A DNA stretch of 63,677 nucleotides, counting the filler, from Parasitella parasitica NRRL 2501 (taxonomy: Eukaryota > Fungi > Mucoromycota): assembly GCA_025201805.1 (NCBI GenBank). It is 9 parts of 9 records of this genome, joined end to end, with 100 filler letters (N's around TTAATTAATTAA, not from the genome) between each part and the next. Parts side by side here need not be neighbours in the genome. Positions count along the whole stretch, not along the records: positions 59,829 to 62,209 come from MU619424.1; positions 62,310 to 63,677 come from MU619497.1; 7 more parts are not named here. The stretch is one strand, 5' to 3'. Shown here in pieces: positions 59,829 through 63,677 of the stretch. The notes under the pieces are model-generated. The model searched no databases and had not been told where the DNA came from. It saw only the letters and a list, made by a program, of their open reading frames with translations. The translations under genes and the position numbers were made by a program. Every line of letters begins with the position of its first letter. The stretch's first letter is position 1.

Positions 59829-61510
59829 GAAAAACAATCAAATCTGATTCACCCGCATTCAAATCTAATTCTTCTACTCCTGTCACTAATTGAACGTCAT
59901 CAGAGTTCTTGTTCCCAGGAAGATCAGGGATAACTTCATTTAGGCGATTGGCCAAATCATCGTCTATGGGCAACTCAGAAGTTGGGATGGCAGCATCCAC
60001 TTGAGCCATCTCTTGATTTTGAGACTTGAAGTCCAGAATTTTTGTGTGATCCCAGCAGTTTTTGATGATTTGAGGCTTCACTTTGAGCCAAGAATCAGCC
60101 AAGAAGTAAAGTGCATCAACCTCATCCATTCTGTATTGTTCAGCATAATCAAGGCTTACTCCCGAAAGATACTTGTTGGCTGCTCTATAGTATTGGTGCA
60201 AACGAAATTGGGCTTTGAAATTAGCAATAATTCCTATTATATTATAGTAAAGAGTTAGGAGGATAAGAATGTAATGTGAAAGAAAGTTGAGAGCATTAGA
60301 TTACCAGCATCCAAGGGTTGTAATTTACTCGTAGTGTTTGCAGGAAGAAAAATCAACTTAATGTTGCTGAATTCTTCTTTCAGTTTGTGCACAGAGGCAT
60401 TGTCAACCAAGATTGCTACATTTTTTTTGGCGTAAACAAACGAGGAATTCAAGCGCTTTATGTATTGTCGAAAAACATCAGTCGTCATCCATGCACTTGG
60501 AGTAGAATGGTACTCGACGTAGTGAGACTGACCAATGCAAGTAGTTTTTCGATATAAGGCTGGCTTTCTTGTGGCGGCTCTGGGGTTTTTTCTTCTCCCA
60601 AGTACGATAGGATGGCCTTTGTAGGATCCATCATAATTGGTAACAAGTCCAACTGTGAATCTATTCTTACTTTTTTTTGATCCACCCATTGGCTTCTGGC
60701 TAATTGTACGAGTTGGTTGTTGCTCGTAGTATAACCCAGTTTCATCGAAGTTCAAGATGTCCTTCGGATTATAAGGCTCTAAAAGTTTCTCAATCTTTTC
60801 GAGCTCCTGAATAATGTTGCTAGAGGTAAGATCGACAGAGCTTTCTTCGCCATAAAGGTGTCTTGACTTAACACCAATCCTTTTGAAAACTTTAGTCAAC
60901 CATCCTTCAGAGAATGTGATTCTACGACTTGGAGGCAGTTCATTCATCTTGTATTTTCTGTTTGCGATCACTTTTGCAAAAGTTGCAACAGTTAGTTGCG
61001 CGATTTACAGGAATGGATTTTTCATTCATACTTTGAATGTACTGCAGGATGTCGTTGTCTAGTGAGGGAATTGCTGTCTCTTTGCTGCTTTTTAACTTGG
61101 TATTGCCATTTGCGTACAACTTGAAAACCTTGTCCTTTGCATACAAAACGTTCGAGATGGTTTTTTGGCTGACAGACTTAGAAAGGTTGAATTTTTCTTG
61201 TGCCCATTCGCCGAGTGCTTTTTGCGCAAGTTTAGGAAACTGGGCATTATGCATACAGATTTCGTACTTTTGCTCGATAGTGAGACGCTCTCTTGATTGT
61301 TGATTATTAATGCTCATAGTATAATAATTGTTTGTCAAAATATGCCTTTTTAAGAATAAAGAAGTAAATGGATTAGATTGGACATGTGTCAAATTAACCT
61401 AATAGCTGTAGTATCTATACGTGTGACTGTTTTAAGAGTAATAGTCACATGCACGATGTAAAGCTAAAAAACGCTTGCAAAAAAAGTAGCCTTAAATCGA
61501 GCGGCTACTG
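59829..61510 (-). mobile_element. pogo/Tigger (CENP-B-like) DNA transposon: TIR plus transposase with one intron and one frameshift
   Basis: RLTIEQKYEIC (psq-like HTH), FSEGWL, LYGEESS, NFDETGL, AWMT, LVDNASVH and FLPANTTSKLQPLDAG/IIANFK. The CAGTAG TIR ends at 61510 next to TA. Confidence 0.88.
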
Positions 61511-61554
61511 TAGAAAGTTTCCAAAAATTTATCAGTAGAAAGCCAAATGGATAT

Positions 61555-62209
61555 TGTTGCATTTGCATGAAGATGCTCTATCCAGAAGATCAGAAATATC
61601 GAAAAATCGCAAATCCTCAGGATCTACCTTGCATTGACTGGAAAATGCAGCCACTCATCAAAGAAACAGGCAGAAACAAAAACTTTATTATGGTATGCGC
61701 AAAGCATAGAAAGACTGAAGAGGAGAAAGTCGTCAGGTTTGCTTATCCAGGTATATTATTGCTTTATTTGTAACTCGAGAGCATTTACATCTAACTGCTG
61801 CTTATCAACATTTTGCATACAAAGGTGATTTGGTACCTGGAATGAATGATTTAGATTATCGAGAAAGATCAGTCTTATCTCCAATCAAGCTGTATTCTCA
61901 AATCACACGTAAATCAACTAAGAAACATGGAAGAATAGGTCATTATGTAATGACAGGGTCCGTAAATACCATGCATAATTACGAATTCACTGAAATGGCT
62001 TACGGTGGAACATTGAGTTTGTATTTTCAGCGCGGACAACCTGAAGCAATCGACAAAGAAAAAGTTCAAACAATATATCAATGTTTACAAAATGTGAACC
62101 CTCTTCTTGAAAGATATAAATTGCCAAAGCTTACATATTCATTGGTTAACTATCATGTCAGTGAAAATAGAAAGCATATTGGATCTGCTACCAATTGGAA
62201 GAGCAATGC
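61555..62209 (+). pseudogene. Broken ORF resembling a Helitron Rep N-terminal region (Cys/His-rich, DUF6570-like)
   Basis: CCICMKMLY, VCAKH, VPGMNDLDYRERSVLSPI and GHYVMTG. The resemblance is judged by eye only. Confidence 0.3.
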
Positions 62210-62309
62210 NNNNNNNNNNNNNNNNNNNNNNNNNNNNNNNNNNNNNNNNNNNNTTAATTAATTAANNNNNNNNNNNNNNNNNNNNNNNNNNNNNNNNNNN
62301 NNNNNNNNN

Positions 62310-62454
62310 GATATATTTTAGTATAAATAGAGATCATATCTTATGTCAATAAAAGTCTTCAGTTTGTATCTGGTTTTATTCAGAAAGTCTTTATTACTTT
62401 ATACAAATCTTATTTACATAACATTACGCTGCGCCCTTTGACACTGGCACAACA
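62310..62454 (+). mobile_element. 3' end of a diverged B-family LTR
   Basis: tttgtatctggt, aagtctttattac and a terminal ctggcacaaCA, as in 30720-30814. Confidence 0.6.
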
Positions 62455-63414
62455 ATGATCCTTGTCCCATTTCAATTTTATACTAAAAAACTTTCTATTT
62501 TCTATGAACATATTACATTCCTTAAAATCCTTGTCTATTAGAGCCTCTTTAAGTTATAGCTCTTACACGAATAGGACGCTTTGTTATGTCAAAAGCCTGA
62601 TAAAATAAATCTGCCAAAGAATTACACTTTTATTCATAATTGTGAAATTACTAGTAAAAAATATATAAAAAATACCTTTTAAAAATGTTATTTATTTTTT
62701 AGATGAAGCTCATCAAAATGTCAATTAAAAACTATCTTTTTATACTAGTTTTCCAAGGGTAAATGATTATGGATATGAAACTAAATTATATTGGATTAAT
62801 TATCCAGGACGTCTTGGCAGCAAAGATTGATAAAGAGATAACCAATGGCGGATTTGACGAGTGTTGGAGTTGTTTCTATTTGTTCTTGATATTGGATTAC
62901 GTCTTCTTAAGTCCATGCTAGCCTGGTCTTGATGATTGTAATCTTTGTGGAATATTCTGGGGTAATTTGAAGTTCATATTCATACTATCTACGGAGATTC
63001 TTTTTATGTGATGATCAGTTTTTATACTGATCTATAACAATAATACATCTCTCGATGTATTGTATACACATTCATTACACTAGGGTTCTACTGTTTAGCT
63101 GCATAATGTAAATCATGACTACCCTTGATTTACTGTAAGACCCTGGGACTGATCTGAGACCTTGCCATGTTATTGATGTAACACGCTTGGAAATCTTGAA
63201 TATTATAACCACGGCACGATTTTTTTTTCTACCGTAAAACGTAGTTATTTAAAAATTGGGTTCTAATAAGCTGAGGAGCCTGCTGAAACCTACTTGGAAC
63301 CCACTGTAACACATGAAATATTATTCTTATTATTAACCTGTACAGATATCTTGAACCGCTATCTTGAGAACAGCAAAATTCTTGGGTCGCTGTGTTGAGT
63401 ACAGTCGAAGCATG

Positions 63415-63566
63415 TCTTGAATGCAGCAAAGTCTTGCGCTGCTGTCTTGAGTGTGGCAAGTTCTTGAGCCACTGTCTTGGGTGACTCAAGACTCAAGACT
63501 TAAGACTGTGGCTCAAGAATTTGCTACGCTTAAGACAGCAGCTGAAGACTTATGCTGCGCTCAAGA
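63415..63566. repeat. Inverted repeat (~65-bp arms, ~23-bp loop) built from TCTTGAG/CTCAAGA motifs
   Basis: gctgctgtcttgagtgtggcaagttcttgagccactgtctt pairs with aagactgtggctcaagaatttgctacgcttaagacagcagc. Confidence 0.8.
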
Positions 63567-63677
63567 AATCATTTTTTTGGCGACTTTGGACTTTGGTTTG
63601 CCTAATTTTCATACAAAAAAACGATACTAAACACCTACTACACTTTATATATATTTAGACAATAGCTCCTATCAAGA

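Overview
Intron-rich, AT-rich fungal DNA. The gene set (CotH, a Zn2Cys6 factor, short 50-70 nt introns) points to Mucorales, which is an inference. It is a draft scaffold whose contigs are joined by artificial 100-bp linkers (N44-TTAATTAATTAA-N44), so adjacency across gaps is uncertain. From about 2 to 42.5 kb there are 13 mostly multi-exon host genes: GRAM/VASt lipid-transfer protein, cyclin C, RlpA/expansin-like protein, Zn2Cys6 TF, CotH, Vnx1-like CAX, Dbp6-like helicase, STIMATE-like protein, HSL-type hydrolase, PhyH dioxygenase, a multi-TM protein, NDUFAF6 and a CBS-PB1 protein. A repeat island at 26-33 kb and a Crypton/Ndc10-like relic interrupt them. From about 42.9 kb to the end the window is a mobile-element graveyard: a degenerate Fanzor (eukaryotic TnpB-like RNA-guided nuclease) gene, a Ty3/Gypsy pol relic, nested solo LTRs with readable 5-bp target-site duplications, Helitron PIF1, CACTA and pogo fragments, and two foldback structures. 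The most notable items are an uninterrupted 371-aa ORF encoding a tobamo/virga-like RNA-virus capping methyltransferase with a putative viral leader (a candidate non-retroviral endogenous viral element) and the Fanzor locus with its candidate omegaRNA region. All calls come from reading motifs by eye; no database searches were run.
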